Shown: one piece after another, positions 9,316-19,693 of the stretch
Position numbering within the stretch: position 1 is the first letter of the stretch
How the letters are laid out: the number at the start of each line of letters is the position of its first letter
NCBI GenBank assembly: GCA_963712235.1
Contig: CAVQHC010000017.1
Span: forward strand, 42,754 to 106,753
DNA length: 64,000 bases
Reading direction: 5' to 3'
Origin: an uncultured delta proteobacterium
Lineage (GTDB): Bacteria > Myxococcota_A > Polyangia > Polyangiales > Houyiibacteriaceae
The notes under the pieces: generated by a model
Databases searched by the model: none
What the model was told of the DNA's origin: nothing
What the model saw: the letters and a program-made list of their open reading frames with translations, nothing else
Translations under genes and position numbers: made by a program

Positions 9316-11221
9316 ATGAAGATCCGCTTTGCTTTTTTACTACTGATGGTGGGGTCGGTTGCGACCGTGAGCAGTTGCACGAGGCGGCCTTTGGCCAACC
9401 TCAATCCGTGCACGATCAACGGCGTCGTTCAAAACGTGCCGGTCAACCCGCAGCGCGCGTTGGACCTGCTCATTCTCATCGACGATTCGCCGTCGATGCG
9501 CGACGAGCAGGACAAGCTTGCCGAGCAGGTGCCGCGGCTGGTGAATCTCTTGCTCACCGGTGGTGTCGATACCGATGGCGTGTCGATGCCGGTTGGCGAT
9601 TTCCCAGCGGTCGAAAGCCTTCACGTCGCGGTGATCACGCCAGACCTCGGCTACTCGACCGAGCCGCCGACGACCTTCACGCCGGGAGTCGACTTCAACC
9701 CGACGAACGCGTGCACGAGCACCGGCAAAGCAGGCTTCATGCAGGTAACGGGCCTGGGAGGCACTCCGCAGGAATGCACTGCGCAGACCCCGCCTGAAGG
9801 CACGCTCTACCTAGACCGACCACCCGAAGCGAACGCCTCCTTCGACATGCAATTCGTAGCAGACGTAGAGTGCGTGACTGGACAGGCCGATGGCTGTGGC
9901 TTCGAGCAGCAGCTCGAGGCGATTCTTGCATCTGATCGCAACACAGCCAACGCTGGTTTCAACCGTGAGGACGCCTTGTTGGCCGTCATCCTGATCACCG
10001 ACGAGGACGACTGCTCGACGACCGACCCGCGCGTCTTCGACGTCGATGCGCGTCCGAGCAATCCGTACCAAGGCCCCTTCGCGGACCCGCCCACCGATTC
10101 GCTGGTGCAGTTCAACCTGCGCTGCTGGGAGCACAGCAAGGACGACGAGGTCGACAGCACTAAGGTTCTGCAGCCGGTCCAACGCTATATCAACGAGATC
10201 GCTGCGCTCAAATCCGACCCGAGCCAGGTCGTCTTTGCAGCGATCACCGGCATTCCCGAGGACAGCGCGCTCGACCCCGAAAACTTCAACACCGACTCGG
10301 ATCGATACGCCGCGATTCTTGCCCATCCGGGCATGGTGGAAGTGCCCAATCCCGCCGATGACGGTCAGCAGGACCAGGCGCTCACACCGGCGTGCATCGC
10401 GGGCGACGGATCCGGCGCAGCGGCGCCAGGGGTTCGAATCGTCGAAACGGTCAACGGCCTTGCGAGCAACAACACCGGGGTGGGCACGGTCGTCGAGTCG
10501 ATTTGCGCCGACGACTACGCGCCTGCGCTCAACGCGATCGTCGACCGCATCGCGGCCGCGCTTCGCCAGCTCTGCCTGCCGCGTCCGCTCAACCGCACCG
10601 CGCAGAACCTCGTGAACTGTGAGGTGCGCGAGGTGCAGCCCGAGGGCGGCACCTGCGCAACCGCCGGCCGCGGACGCGAGGAAGTCGCCGTGACCACCGA
10701 AGACGGGCGCGACGTCTGCAGAGTCACGCAGCTTCCAAGCGACCCCACCGCGGGCGTCCCGCAGGGCCTCGGCTGGTTCTACGATGACTTCACCGCAGAG
10801 ACGGCTTCGGCTTGTTCGTTCAATCCCGAGCAGCAGCGCGTCAGCTTCACCGAGGGCGCCGCCCCACTCACCGGCGCGCGCGTTCGCTTCGAATGCCTGC
10901 AGACCGCTCCTCCGCAAGACGCAGGACATCGGCTGGCCCTGCACCAGCGACGCGCTCTGCGATCCGAACCCGGACAACTGCCTAGCGGGCGAAGCGGTCA
11001 CCGCCGCGGAGTGCGAAGCCGACCCAGGCAACTGCTGCGAGACGCGCCTCCTCAAGGAACGCTACGACCGCGACAACCTCGAGCTCGTCTGCGACAACGA
11101 GACCAACACCTGCCAGCTGACCTGCGAAAGCAACGTCCAGTGCCCCGGTGGCTTCGCCTGCTTCGACGAAAACGAAGACGGCACCAACTACTGCGTCAAC
11201 CCAACCTGCACGCTCAACTAG
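9316..11221 (+). pseudogene. vWA-like secreted lipoprotein with Cys-rich C-terminal domain, frame interrupted near 10890-10930
   Basis: MKIRFAFLLLMVGSVATVSSC signal. LLILIDDSPSMRDEQ (vWA MIDAS-like DxSxS). After ...RVRFECLQTAPP the frame degenerates, and the Cys-rich end (QDIGWPCTSDALCD...NYCVNPTCTLN) is in the +1 frame (ORF 10784..11221). Confidence 0.6.
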
Positions 11222-11240
11222 CGCGCTGGGGACGCGCGCT

Positions 11241-13229
11241 TCACAGCGTGGCGCCGAGAATCGTCGCGCCGTTCGCGCGTTCCACAGTCTGGGGCATGGG
11301 TTCGACGACGGCGCTTCCGGGCGGCAGGCCGAGCGCGGTGCTCAGGTCGATCGCGGGGATCGGGATGGTACCCAAGCCTTCGCCAGCGAGCACGCCTTCG
11401 ATGGCGTTGACCAATGCGGTTTCGAGTAAGGTGGTGAGCAGCGCTTCGGCTTCGAGCTGATCGTCTTCGTTGATCGTGACCTCGGTGTCGGATCGGCTGA
11501 TGCTGCCGATTCCGATACCGAGCCCGTCCCCGGTGACGCTCAATACGACGTCGCCTTCGAGCGAAGAGTACCCGGTGAAGGTGATCGCGCTCTCGTTCAG
11601 AAGCAGGCTTCCGAGAATCTGGAGGTCCCCCGCGTGAATCCGCAGCTCGCCGTGATCGTTGCAGTCCGAAACGGTCGGGGCGAGCCAGCCGCTCAGCGTC
11701 AAGCTCAGCTCGGTGACGCCGAGCGCGCTTAGATCGATGCCCCCGAGCAGCGCGGGGCCGACCTCGACCTCGAGCCACCCCCCGCGCCATGCCGCGTAGA
11801 GGATCTGATTGAGCAAGTCGTCGCTAAACCCGAGCTCGAGCGGCGACTGGCGTGGCAACGTGAGACTCTGACCACCCGCGCCACACGCGTCGCGATTTGG
11901 AACCCCAAGATTGTCATACGGAGTGACCGTAGTCGCGGTGTACGCCCCTCCCCGCTCGATAATCTCACCACCCGCTGGGGCAGCGCCGTCAAAGTCGACC
12001 GACTCGAAATCGGTCACGACATCGACGGGGATCGAGGAGTCCCCACCGAGCGTCGGAACCGGCAGAGGGAGACTAAACGCCAGCGCACCCAGGCCTTGTT
12101 CGAGTAGGGGGCCCAACTCGTTGGCAAGCTGGTCCTCGAGAAGGCTCTCCAAGTCCCCCGCGAGCGAGTTGCCGATGAAGAGTTCAATGATGCTCAGGAG
12201 AAAATTGGTGAACACGTTGTTCGAGCTGACATCGAGCCCATTGATGCTCGTCGACACGTTGACCAACGAAACGGAGACCGTGTGTTCCGGCGTGACGCCG
12301 AGGACGACGTCGGCATCGGTGATGACCGAGCTGATGGTGTAGCTGCCCGAGCTGTCGCCTCCAAGGAGCTCGCAGCCGAACTCCGTGCAATCGAAACGAA
12401 GGCCGCCAGAAATCCCGGTGAGGCTCACGCGAACGGCGAATCCCCCGTCGATGGCGGTGAGCGCGACGCCGCTATCGCCGAGGTTGATGCTCGTGATGTA
12501 GATGTCGTAGCCGGCCGACGAGGCCACCGAGGTGCTGGGGTCGATCAGCGAATTCAAGTCGAGCGACTGCAGCGCCAGGTTCATGATGTAGGCGAAGTCC
12601 GTGGGCGGGGCGGGCTGACCGTCGTCCAGTACTTCCTGGCTGAGCCAAATCCCGACCCCCTGCGGCGCAATTCCTTCTTTCGGGGTGGTCGGTTTGAGGT
12701 ACCCGGTCGACCACAAGAAGCTCTGCACACGAGACCGCGCATTTCCGGCGCTGTCGGTGGCCGACAGAACGAGGGTGTTTCCACCGACGCGAGCATCCAC
12801 CTCGTGGGAGAAGCCGCCGTCCGCCGCGACGGCAACCGCCGCTCCGTTGATCGTGAGCTCGGTGATCTCGCCGAGATCAGACTCGACCGTGCCGGTGACC
12901 GTGACGGTCGCTTGCTCGCCGGTCCCCTGCAATGTCGCACCGCGAGCGGGGAAATCGACCTCGATGCGGGTACGGCACGCGTTGGTGACCGTCGCTTCGT
13001 AGATGCAGCTTCCGTCGCTGCTCTCGCAGCGATCGGCCGTGCATGCGTCCCCGTCGTCGCAGGTGACGCCCGCGCAGAGGTCGACCGTGCCGCCACCGCC
13101 GCCCGATCCGCCCATCCCGCCGGAACCACCGCCCCCACCTCCCCCACGGCATCCGAGTAGCGGAAGGGCACAGATCGAGATCGCCACCAGAGCCAAGCGA
13201 AGAGTCATGCATGCGAGCCTATCATTCAT
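11241..13229 (-). CDS. Secreted lipoprotein with Gly-rich linker and Myxococcus-type Cys-rich repeat
   Basis: LALVAISICALPLLGC lipobox, G-rich linker, then CAGVTCDDGDACTADRCESSDGSC. 662-aa ORF with coding-like composition. Confidence 0.65.
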   Translation of the reverse strand: MNDRLACMTLRLALVAISICALPLLGCRGGGGGGGSGGMGGSGGGGGTVDLCAGVTCDDGDACTADRCESSDGSCIYEATVTNACRTRIEVDFPARGATLQGTGEQATVTVTGTVESDLGEITELTINGAAVAVAADGGFSHEVDARVGGNTLVLSATDSAGNARSRVQSFLWSTGYLKPTTPKEGIAPQGVGIWLSQEVLDDGQPAPPTDFAYIMNLALQSLDLNSLIDPSTSVASSAGYDIYITSINLGDSGVALTAIDGGFAVRVSLTGISGGLRFDCTEFGCELLGGDSSGSYTISSVITDADVVLGVTPEHTVSVSLVNVSTSINGLDVSSNNVFTNFLLSIIELFIGNSLAGDLESLLEDQLANELGPLLEQGLGALAFSLPLPVPTLGGDSSIPVDVVTDFESVDFDGAAPAGGEIIERGGAYTATTVTPYDNLGVPNRDACGAGGQSLTLPRQSPLELGFSDDLLNQILYAAWRGGWLEVEVGPALLGGIDLSALGVTELSLTLSGWLAPTVSDCNDHGELRIHAGDLQILGSLLLNESAITFTGYSSLEGDVVLSVTGDGLGIGIGSISRSDTEVTINEDDQLEAEALLTTLLETALVNAIEGVLAGEGLGTIPIPAIDLSTALGLPPGSAVVEPMPQTVERANGATILGATL

Positions 13230-13351
13230 TGCCTCTCGCCATGGTGCGGATCGAGATCGTCCGGACCGAGTGTCCGTCTAGAGACTGATTCCCAGAGCCG
13301 CGCTTAGCGGATGAGCTGTGCACAATTCCGTGTCATTGTTGCGGCTGCCCG

Positions 13352-14005
13352 ATGCCCTCCTCTCCCCCATTCGACGCTCGGCAGGCGCTGAGGCTCGCGA
13401 CACATGCGCTCGGCGGCCGAATCGTGATTCCTTTGAGCGCGATCCGAAGTCGCCTGGGTCCGATGTTCGAGAAGGTCTCGCTCACGATCGAAGCGGAGAG
13501 CCCGGGCTTGCGTCTCGAAGGCAAGGCCCAAGCGCTCGGCGCGCCGATCCAGTTCTCGGTCCGCATCGACGCGGAGGGTGTGCGCGTCGAAGGCGAGCAA
13601 CGAACGGTGCGGATCCGGCTGAGCGAGGTCGCGCTCTCGACGACCGACGACGCGCCGGGGCCTCTTGCGGAAGCGATTCGAACCGGGATGATCGACACGA
13701 AACATCCGGCGACCCTGATCGGCAACATGGTCTCGCTTCCCGACATGGTGGTTGCCGCCGAAGGCCAGGACGTGGTCGTCGACTTGATGAAGGTCCCGGC
13801 GATCGAACGCGATGAGCTTCTGAAAGCGGCGCTCGCGGCGGCGACGAGCTACCTCGGCGTCACCGGCATTCGCGCTTCGGACGATGCCATCGAGCTCCAG
13901 CTCGGGCTTTTGCCGGGTGGCATGAAGGAAGCCGCGCTCAGCACGGCGCGCGCAGCGCTCACTCCCGCGGTGCGGTTCTTGTGGCCGGAGCGAACCCCAC
14001 GATGA
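13352..14005 (+). CDS. Hypothetical protein
   Basis: 217-aa ORF. Its stop overlaps the ATG of the next gene (ATGA at 14002..14005), implying cotranscription. No recognisable motif. Confidence 0.5.
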   Translation: MPSSPPFDARQALRLATHALGGRIVIPLSAIRSRLGPMFEKVSLTIEAESPGLRLEGKAQALGAPIQFSVRIDAEGVRVEGEQRTVRIRLSEVALSTTDDAPGPLAEAIRTGMIDTKHPATLIGNMVSLPDMVVAAEGQDVVVDLMKVPAIERDELLKAALAAATSYLGVTGIRASDDAIELQLGLLPGGMKEAALSTARAALTPAVRFLWPERTPR

Positions 14006-15216
14006 GCGGGCTCGGCAACTTGAGTCCTTTGAGCCGGGCGTCGTTCGCGTCGCGCGAGCAGGAGTTTCACGAGATCGCCATTCGCGGGGTCGACGGCTAC
14101 GACCAGTTCGGGGACCCGAGCTACCTCGAAGGGCTTCGGCGCCTGCTCTACTCCTACGACCACGAGGCGCGCCTTCACACGACCGGGAAGATGACCGCCG
14201 TCTACCAGACCGTCGGCCTGCTCGCCGCGCGCCTGCACACCGAGCGCTGGTTCGAAATGCGGCCCGACTCGGCCGAGATCGCGATCGAGCGGCCGATCAT
14301 AATCACCGGGATGGTGCGCACCGGCAGCACGGCCCTCCACTACTTGATGGGCGCCAACCCAGACATGCAGTGCCTTCAGTACTGGCTCGCGCTACACCCG
14401 CAGCCGCGCCCTCCCCGCGCCTACTGGGAGGCGGCGACCGATTTTCAGCATGCCCGCATCGAGCTCGACATGATGTACCAGGCCGGCAAGAGCATGCTCG
14501 AGTCGATTCACTTCATGATGCCCGACGGCCCCGACGAATCGGGTCGCATCCTGGGCCAGAGCTTCAGCGACGATCGCTTCGAAGTCGTCTCGACGGTGCC
14601 GACCTATTCAGACTGGTACATGAACAACGTGCACCGCGAGACCTACCAGCGACACAAGCGCATCATGCAGCTCATCGGGTCGTACGAACCCGACAAGCGA
14701 TGGCTCCTCAAGTACCCAGTCCACATGCGCAACCTCGACGCGCTCCTCGAGGCCTACCCGGACGCGTGCATCATCTGGACCCACCGCGACCCTGCGGATG
14801 TCTTGTCGTCCTACGTGAGCCTCTGCGCGCACTTTCGGTCACTCTTCGAGAAAGACGTGGATCGGCCGCGCATCGCGCTCGAGCAGAAAGAAGCCTGGGC
14901 GCGAGCCGTCGAAAACGGCATGCGGCTTCGCAAAGGCCGCGAGCATCAGTTCCACGACATCTACTTCGACGACTTCATGGCCGACCCGATCGGCGAGGTC
15001 GCCAAGGCCTACGCCCGCTTCGACCAGCCCTTCTCCGAGCGCGCCAAAAAGGCGCTCAGCACCTGGCGCGAGGCCCACAAGCCCGGGCAGTTCGGCACGC
15101 ACAACTACACCCGCGACGATTTCGGTCAATCGCCGGCGCAGATTCACGAGCGCTACGCCGAGTACCTGGAGCAGTTCCCCCGGGTGCTCGACAAGCGAGA
15201 GAGGAGCGCCGCATGA
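14002..15216 (+). CDS. Sulfotransferase family protein
   Basis: PAPS 5'-phosphosulfate-binding-type loop IIITGMVRTGSTALHYL. ATGA overlaps at both ends. Confidence 0.7.
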   Translation: MSGLGNLSPLSRASFASREQEFHEIAIRGVDGYDQFGDPSYLEGLRRLLYSYDHEARLHTTGKMTAVYQTVGLLAARLHTERWFEMRPDSAEIAIERPIIITGMVRTGSTALHYLMGANPDMQCLQYWLALHPQPRPPRAYWEAATDFQHARIELDMMYQAGKSMLESIHFMMPDGPDESGRILGQSFSDDRFEVVSTVPTYSDWYMNNVHRETYQRHKRIMQLIGSYEPDKRWLLKYPVHMRNLDALLEAYPDACIIWTHRDPADVLSSYVSLCAHFRSLFEKDVDRPRIALEQKEAWARAVENGMRLRKGREHQFHDIYFDDFMADPIGEVAKAYARFDQPFSERAKKALSTWREAHKPGQFGTHNYTRDDFGQSPAQIHERYAEYLEQFPRVLDKRERSAA

Positions 15217-16517
15217 TCAAGCGAACCGAAGAAGAACGCGCGCTCATCGCCGACGCCGAGCGGATGTTCCCGACCTCGACGCGCTGCCTCACCTTCGACC
15301 CGGAGCTCAACTTCTGCGTCGGCAAGGCCGAGGGCAGCCACATCTGGGACGTGAGCGGAAACCGATACATCGACTACCTGCTCGGCTCGGGCCCGCACGT
15401 CCTCGGGCATGCGCATCCCGCGGTGCTCGAAGCGCTCCGAACGGTTCCCGAAGGCGGGACCTCGCACCTCATCATCAACGAGCACGCCGTCCGGCTCGGC
15501 AAGAAAATCCTCGAGCACGTGCCCTGCGCCGAAATGCTCAGCCTGCACAGCAGCGGGAGCGAAGCGACCTTCTTTGCGATGCGCATCGCGCGCGTCTACC
15601 GCAAGCGCGACAAAATCCTGAAGTTCGAAGGCGCCTACCACGGGATGAACGACTACGCGATGATGAGCAATCAGTGGACGATGGGCTCCCCGGCGTTTCC
15701 CCAAGCGATCCCAAACACCCACGGCATCCCCCGCTCCGTAAGCAACGAAGTGCTGATCGCACCGTTCAACGACCTCGAAGCCACCGCCGCGATCATCGCA
15801 AAGCACCACGACGAGCTGGCCGGCGTCATCCTCGAGCCGGTCCAGCGAACTTTCGAGCCCCGGCCAGGCTTCTTGCAAGGCGTACGCGAAGTGACCGCGA
15901 ACTACGACATCCCGCTGATCTTCGACGAAGTCGTGACCGGCTTTCGCATGGGGCTCGGCGGCGCGCAGGCGACGTACGGCGTCACGCCGGACCTGTGCGC
16001 GCTTGGCAAAGCGATCAGCGGCGGGCTTCCGCTCGGCGTGCTCTGCGGGCGCGAAGACCTCATGGCGATCGCCAACCCGAAGCGGCGGCTTCAGATGCTC
16101 CCCTACTCGATGCAGACCGGCACCTTCTCCTCGAACCCGGTCTGCGCCAGCGTCGCCTGCGCGATCATCGAAGAGCTCGAAAAGCCGGGCGTCTATGAAC
16201 GTCTAGAAGAAGTCGGGACCAGGGTTCGGGCAGGCCTTCGCGACGCGATCGCGCAGTCGGGCATCGAAGCCTGCGTCACGGGAGTCCCCAGCGTCTTCGA
16301 GATCTGGTTCACCAAGGACGCGCCCTACGACCATCGCTCGGCCAAAGGTTCGGACTTCTACAAAAACATCCGCTTCTCGGATCTTCTGCTGCAACAGGGC
16401 GTGCTCAAGGCGGCGGAGAAGTTCTTCATCTCTGCGGCGCACAGCGACGAAGACATCGAGCAGACCATCGAGGCCTTTCACGTCGCCCTCGAACAGCTCA
16501 ACAAGGAGCTCGCATGA
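15213..16517 (+). CDS. Class-III (GSA-aminomutase-like) PLP-dependent aminotransferase
   Basis: MIKRTEEERAL... start overlaps the upstream stop. SGSEATFFAMRIAR, and DLCALGKAISGGLPLG with the PLP lysine. Confidence 0.8.
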   Translation: MIKRTEEERALIADAERMFPTSTRCLTFDPELNFCVGKAEGSHIWDVSGNRYIDYLLGSGPHVLGHAHPAVLEALRTVPEGGTSHLIINEHAVRLGKKILEHVPCAEMLSLHSSGSEATFFAMRIARVYRKRDKILKFEGAYHGMNDYAMMSNQWTMGSPAFPQAIPNTHGIPRSVSNEVLIAPFNDLEATAAIIAKHHDELAGVILEPVQRTFEPRPGFLQGVREVTANYDIPLIFDEVVTGFRMGLGGAQATYGVTPDLCALGKAISGGLPLGVLCGREDLMAIANPKRRLQMLPYSMQTGTFSSNPVCASVACAIIEELEKPGVYERLEEVGTRVRAGLRDAIAQSGIEACVTGVPSVFEIWFTKDAPYDHRSAKGSDFYKNIRFSDLLLQQGVLKAAEKFFISAAHSDEDIEQTIEAFHVALEQLNKELA

Positions 16518-17548
16518 AGCGCGTTCTCGTCACCGGCGCCTGCGGAAACATCGGCGCGAATGTCGTCGAGCTGCTGGTGGAGCGCGGCTACGCGATTCGG
16601 GCGGTGGATTTAGACAGCGCCGGGTCCCGCAAAACCGCCGCACGCTGGGCGGGTCGCGTCGAGATGCGATTCGGCAGCATTTGCAGCGAAGCCTTGATTC
16701 GAGAGGTCGTTTCGGGCGTCGATCACGTCATCCACTTGGCGGCGATGGTGCCGCCTGGAACCGACGTCGACCAGGCGGCCGGGTACGCCGTCAACGTCGT
16801 CGCCACCCGCTCGCTCATCGCAGCCTGCGAAGCGCAAGCACGGCCGCCGCGCCTGACCTTCACCTCTACCGCCGCGATTTGGGGCCGCAACGACCAGGTC
16901 GACGGCCCGCGGCGCGCCGACGAAGACATCTCGCCGAGCGACAACTACTCGCGTCAAAAAGCAGAATGCGAGGCGATGCTCCGAGCCTCGTCCCTCGACA
17001 CCGTCATCTTTCGAATCGCGATGACGCCACCCGTGTCGCCAGGCGCCCTCGCCCCCTTCGTCTTCGACATGCACCCGGACATGCGGGTCGAGTTCACGCA
17101 CCCCAAGGACCAGGCCCTCGGCATCGTCAACTCGCTCGTCGTCGACGAAATCACCGGCCGCACGCTTTGCCTCGGCGGCGGCGCGCGCAATCGCTATCGG
17201 TACCGCGAGTTCATGAACATGGCCTTTGGCGCGATGGGGATCCCTCCCCTGCCGAGGTCGGCGTTTGGCGATGCGCTTTTTCTAACCGACTGGGTCGACT
17301 CCGAAGAGTCTCAAGCGATCCTCGACTACCAGCGTCGCGACGCGGCCCAGTACTTCGAGGAAGTGTCGGCCGAGCTCGGTGCGGCGCGCCACGTGATGAA
17401 GTACATCGGCCCGACGCTCACGCCCGTCATCCTCGCGCACTCACGTCACCACGCCCTGGCCGAGGGCAAACAGCCCCGTCTTCCCAACGCCTACCGTGCG
17501 ATCACGACGGTCCGCCGCGCCCTCAAAGCCGCGAAGAGCTACCTCTAG
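16514..17548 (+). CDS. NAD-dependent epimerase/dehydratase family protein
   Basis: MKRVLVTGACGNIGANVVELL Rossmann motif. ATGA overlap with the aminotransferase stop. Confidence 0.75.
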   Translation: MKRVLVTGACGNIGANVVELLVERGYAIRAVDLDSAGSRKTAARWAGRVEMRFGSICSEALIREVVSGVDHVIHLAAMVPPGTDVDQAAGYAVNVVATRSLIAACEAQARPPRLTFTSTAAIWGRNDQVDGPRRADEDISPSDNYSRQKAECEAMLRASSLDTVIFRIAMTPPVSPGALAPFVFDMHPDMRVEFTHPKDQALGIVNSLVVDEITGRTLCLGGGARNRYRYREFMNMAFGAMGIPPLPRSAFGDALFLTDWVDSEESQAILDYQRRDAAQYFEEVSAELGAARHVMKYIGPTLTPVILAHSRHHALAEGKQPRLPNAYRAITTVRRALKAAKSYL

Positions 17549-17557
17549 GAAGACGAG

Positions 17558-18165
17558 ATGGAAACGAGCAACCGCGTGCTGGACGACGTGCTGAAGGAGT
17601 TCTCTCTGCCCCATGTTGAAGAACAGATCCCGCGCGATGTGTTCTACCAACTGGGCCTCAAGTTCCCGCAGCAATACGCGATCGCCTGCCGCGACGTCGC
17701 TGCATGCGTCAAGCGCGCCGAAGCCCAGGGCGCCGGCCCGTTCCTGCATGTGACCATTCCCGCGCCCAACTGGGTCGAACGCGGCGAGCGCATCAAAGGC
17801 TGCAAGCTCGAGGTCGCGCTCGGCTACGCCGGCGATCGGCAAGTCGAGTTCCTCGGACCGCGGCAAAGGAACCCAGCACTACGCCCGAGCGCTCGTCGAC
17901 CCCGACATCGTCTTCCACCACGTCGGCATCTACCAGCGCGGCATGAACGAGCTCGCGCGTTCAATCGAAAACGCCGGCTACCCCGAAGTCGTCCGAGGCG
18001 GCGTATCCTTCGGCAAAGCCCTCTCCTTCGACTTCCGCTACTTCGACGCCCGCGCCGACTACGGCATCTACCTAGAAGTCCAAGACTTCACCTACCTAGG
18101 CCGCGAACTAACCATCGAACCCTTCCTCCGCACCTACGCGAACAAGGGACACGCTCCCCCTCTAG
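17558..18165 (+). pseudogene. VOC (glyoxalase/dioxygenase-fold) family protein, frame interrupted near 17850-17870; 3' end uncertain
   Basis: ...LGYAGDRQVEFLGP in the frame of ORF 17558. GKGTQHYARALVDPDIVFHHVGIYQRGMNELARSIENAGY... follows in the +1 frame. That frame has no stop before the next gene; a TAG in the next +1 frame follows a C5 run near 18163. Confidence 0.5.
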
Positions 18166-18220
18166 AACCCTCCTCTTTCCAACACGTTACACCCCACACC
18201 GCGAAAACTCGCCGCAAGCC

Positions 18221-18649
18221 ATGCCCACATACGAAACCGAAACCACCATCGACGCGCCTCCGGCCGCCGTTTGGAAGCATCTCATCGACGTCGGCCGACA
18301 CGACGAATGGAGCGAACACTTCAGGCTGCGTGGCGAGCCCATCGCGGGCGGCCCGGCCCGAATCGAGTTCTCGCTCTTCGGCATCTCCACGGGCGTCAAC
18401 GTCGCGTACCAAACGGTCGATGAGCCGCGCGAGCTTCGCTGGCACGGGGGTCCCAAGGGCCTGGTCTACGGAAGTCATTTCTGCATTCTCGAGCCACTCG
18501 ACGGCGGGACCCGAACGCGGTTTCGGCATGGGGAATCGTTTTCGGGGCTCCTTGCACCGCTCGTCGTCCGTCTCCTTCGGTCCAAGCTGGGCGGCCCCTC
18601 GTACGAGGGCTTCAACGAGGACCTGCGACGGCGCGTCCTCAACCAGTAG
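18221..18649 (+). CDS. SRPBCC (START/polyketide-cyclase-like) family protein
   Basis: MPTYETETTIDAPPAAVWKHLIDVGRHDEWS... is a typical SRPBCC N-terminus. About 142 aa. Confidence 0.7.
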   Translation: MPTYETETTIDAPPAAVWKHLIDVGRHDEWSEHFRLRGEPIAGGPARIEFSLFGISTGVNVAYQTVDEPRELRWHGGPKGLVYGSHFCILEPLDGGTRTRFRHGESFSGLLAPLVVRLLRSKLGGPSYEGFNEDLRRRVLNQ

Positions 18650-18666
18650 CGACGAGCAACTGCACC

Positions 18667-19593
18667 GTGCCACCCACTATGACATCGAGATTCCGCAAGC
18701 TCTTCGTTCGCACGACCTTTGCCGAGCCGGTCGACTTGGCTGGCAAGGTCGCCATCGTGACTGGAACGGGCCCGGCGTCTCTGGGTTTCGCAACGGCGCG
18801 CACGCTTGCCACATGGGGCGCCTCCGTGGTGGCGACGACACGCTCGAACACCGATGCGATCGTGCAGAAGCTACGCGCCGAGCTCCCGGACGATGCGGCC
18901 CGCGCGCGAGTCACGGGGCATTCGCTCGACCTTTCCGATCGCGACTCGGTCGAGGAATTCGCGCGCTGGTTCACCGAGACCCGCGGGGACAAACTCGATG
19001 TCTTGGTCAACAATGCGGGAGTTCATTTGGATCTTCTGTCGAGGTGGAAAGAGCCCCACCTGACCGACGATGGCTTCGAAGCCCATTGGCGCATCAACTA
19101 TCTCGGCACGGCACACCTGACGCATCGGCTCTTGCCGTTGCTCCAGAAGGCCGGCGAAGAGACGGGTGACGCCCGCATCGTCACGGTCGGCTCACACATC
19201 TACAAGAAGGGCTCCAACGCGGACATGTTCGAAGCCACGCGCCCTTACAGCTCGTGGAACGCCTACGGCAACTCCAAGCTTGCGCTAATGCACATGACCT
19301 CGGAGCTCCAACGTCGCTACGCCGATCGATCCCATCTCCAAGCGTACTGCCTGCATCCAGGCTCGGTGTTCACCCGCGTCGCGGACAAGGGCCTCGAGGG
19401 AACGGGCCTCATCGAGAAGGTACGCAGCGCAATGGCGCCCATCGAAGCGTTCTTTCTAAAGACGCCAGACGAGGGCGCGCAGACGCAGATCCACTGCGCC
19501 ACCCATCCCGGCCTGCGGGGCGACGTCTATTTTGCGGAGTGCCAGGCGAGGGAGCCCGGAGAGGATGCGCGGGATGCCGAGGTGGCCGGGTAG
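18667..19593 (+). CDS. Short-chain dehydrogenase/reductase
   Basis: GKVAIVTGTGPASLG (TGxxxGxG), NNAGV, YGNSKLAL (YxxxK). Confidence 0.85.
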   Translation: MPPTMTSRFRKLFVRTTFAEPVDLAGKVAIVTGTGPASLGFATARTLATWGASVVATTRSNTDAIVQKLRAELPDDAARARVTGHSLDLSDRDSVEEFARWFTETRGDKLDVLVNNAGVHLDLLSRWKEPHLTDDGFEAHWRINYLGTAHLTHRLLPLLQKAGEETGDARIVTVGSHIYKKGSNADMFEATRPYSSWNAYGNSKLALMHMTSELQRRYADRSHLQAYCLHPGSVFTRVADKGLEGTGLIEKVRSAMAPIEAFFLKTPDEGAQTQIHCATHPGLRGDVYFAECQAREPGEDARDAEVAG

Positions 19594-19640
19594 GCTTTGG
19601 GAGCGCACTCTGGCGTGGATCGGGGAGAACTGACGCCGTC

Positions 19641-19689
19641 ACTGGCACTGGCACTGGCGCTGGCACTGGCACTGGCACTGGCGCTGACC
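19641..19689. repeat. (CTGGCR)n hexanucleotide array, left flank of copy A
   Basis: actggcactggcactggcgctggcactggcactggcactggcgctgacc read directly. Confidence 0.9.
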
Positions 19690-19693
19690 TACC

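Noticed and set aside
14370-15212. Upstream 280 codons of the 715-aa ORF 14370..16517
   Set aside because: This part overlaps the sulfotransferase gene out of frame and is Arg/Pro-rich. The aminotransferase clearly begins at MIKRTEE (15213), with an ATGA overlap to the sulfotransferase stop.
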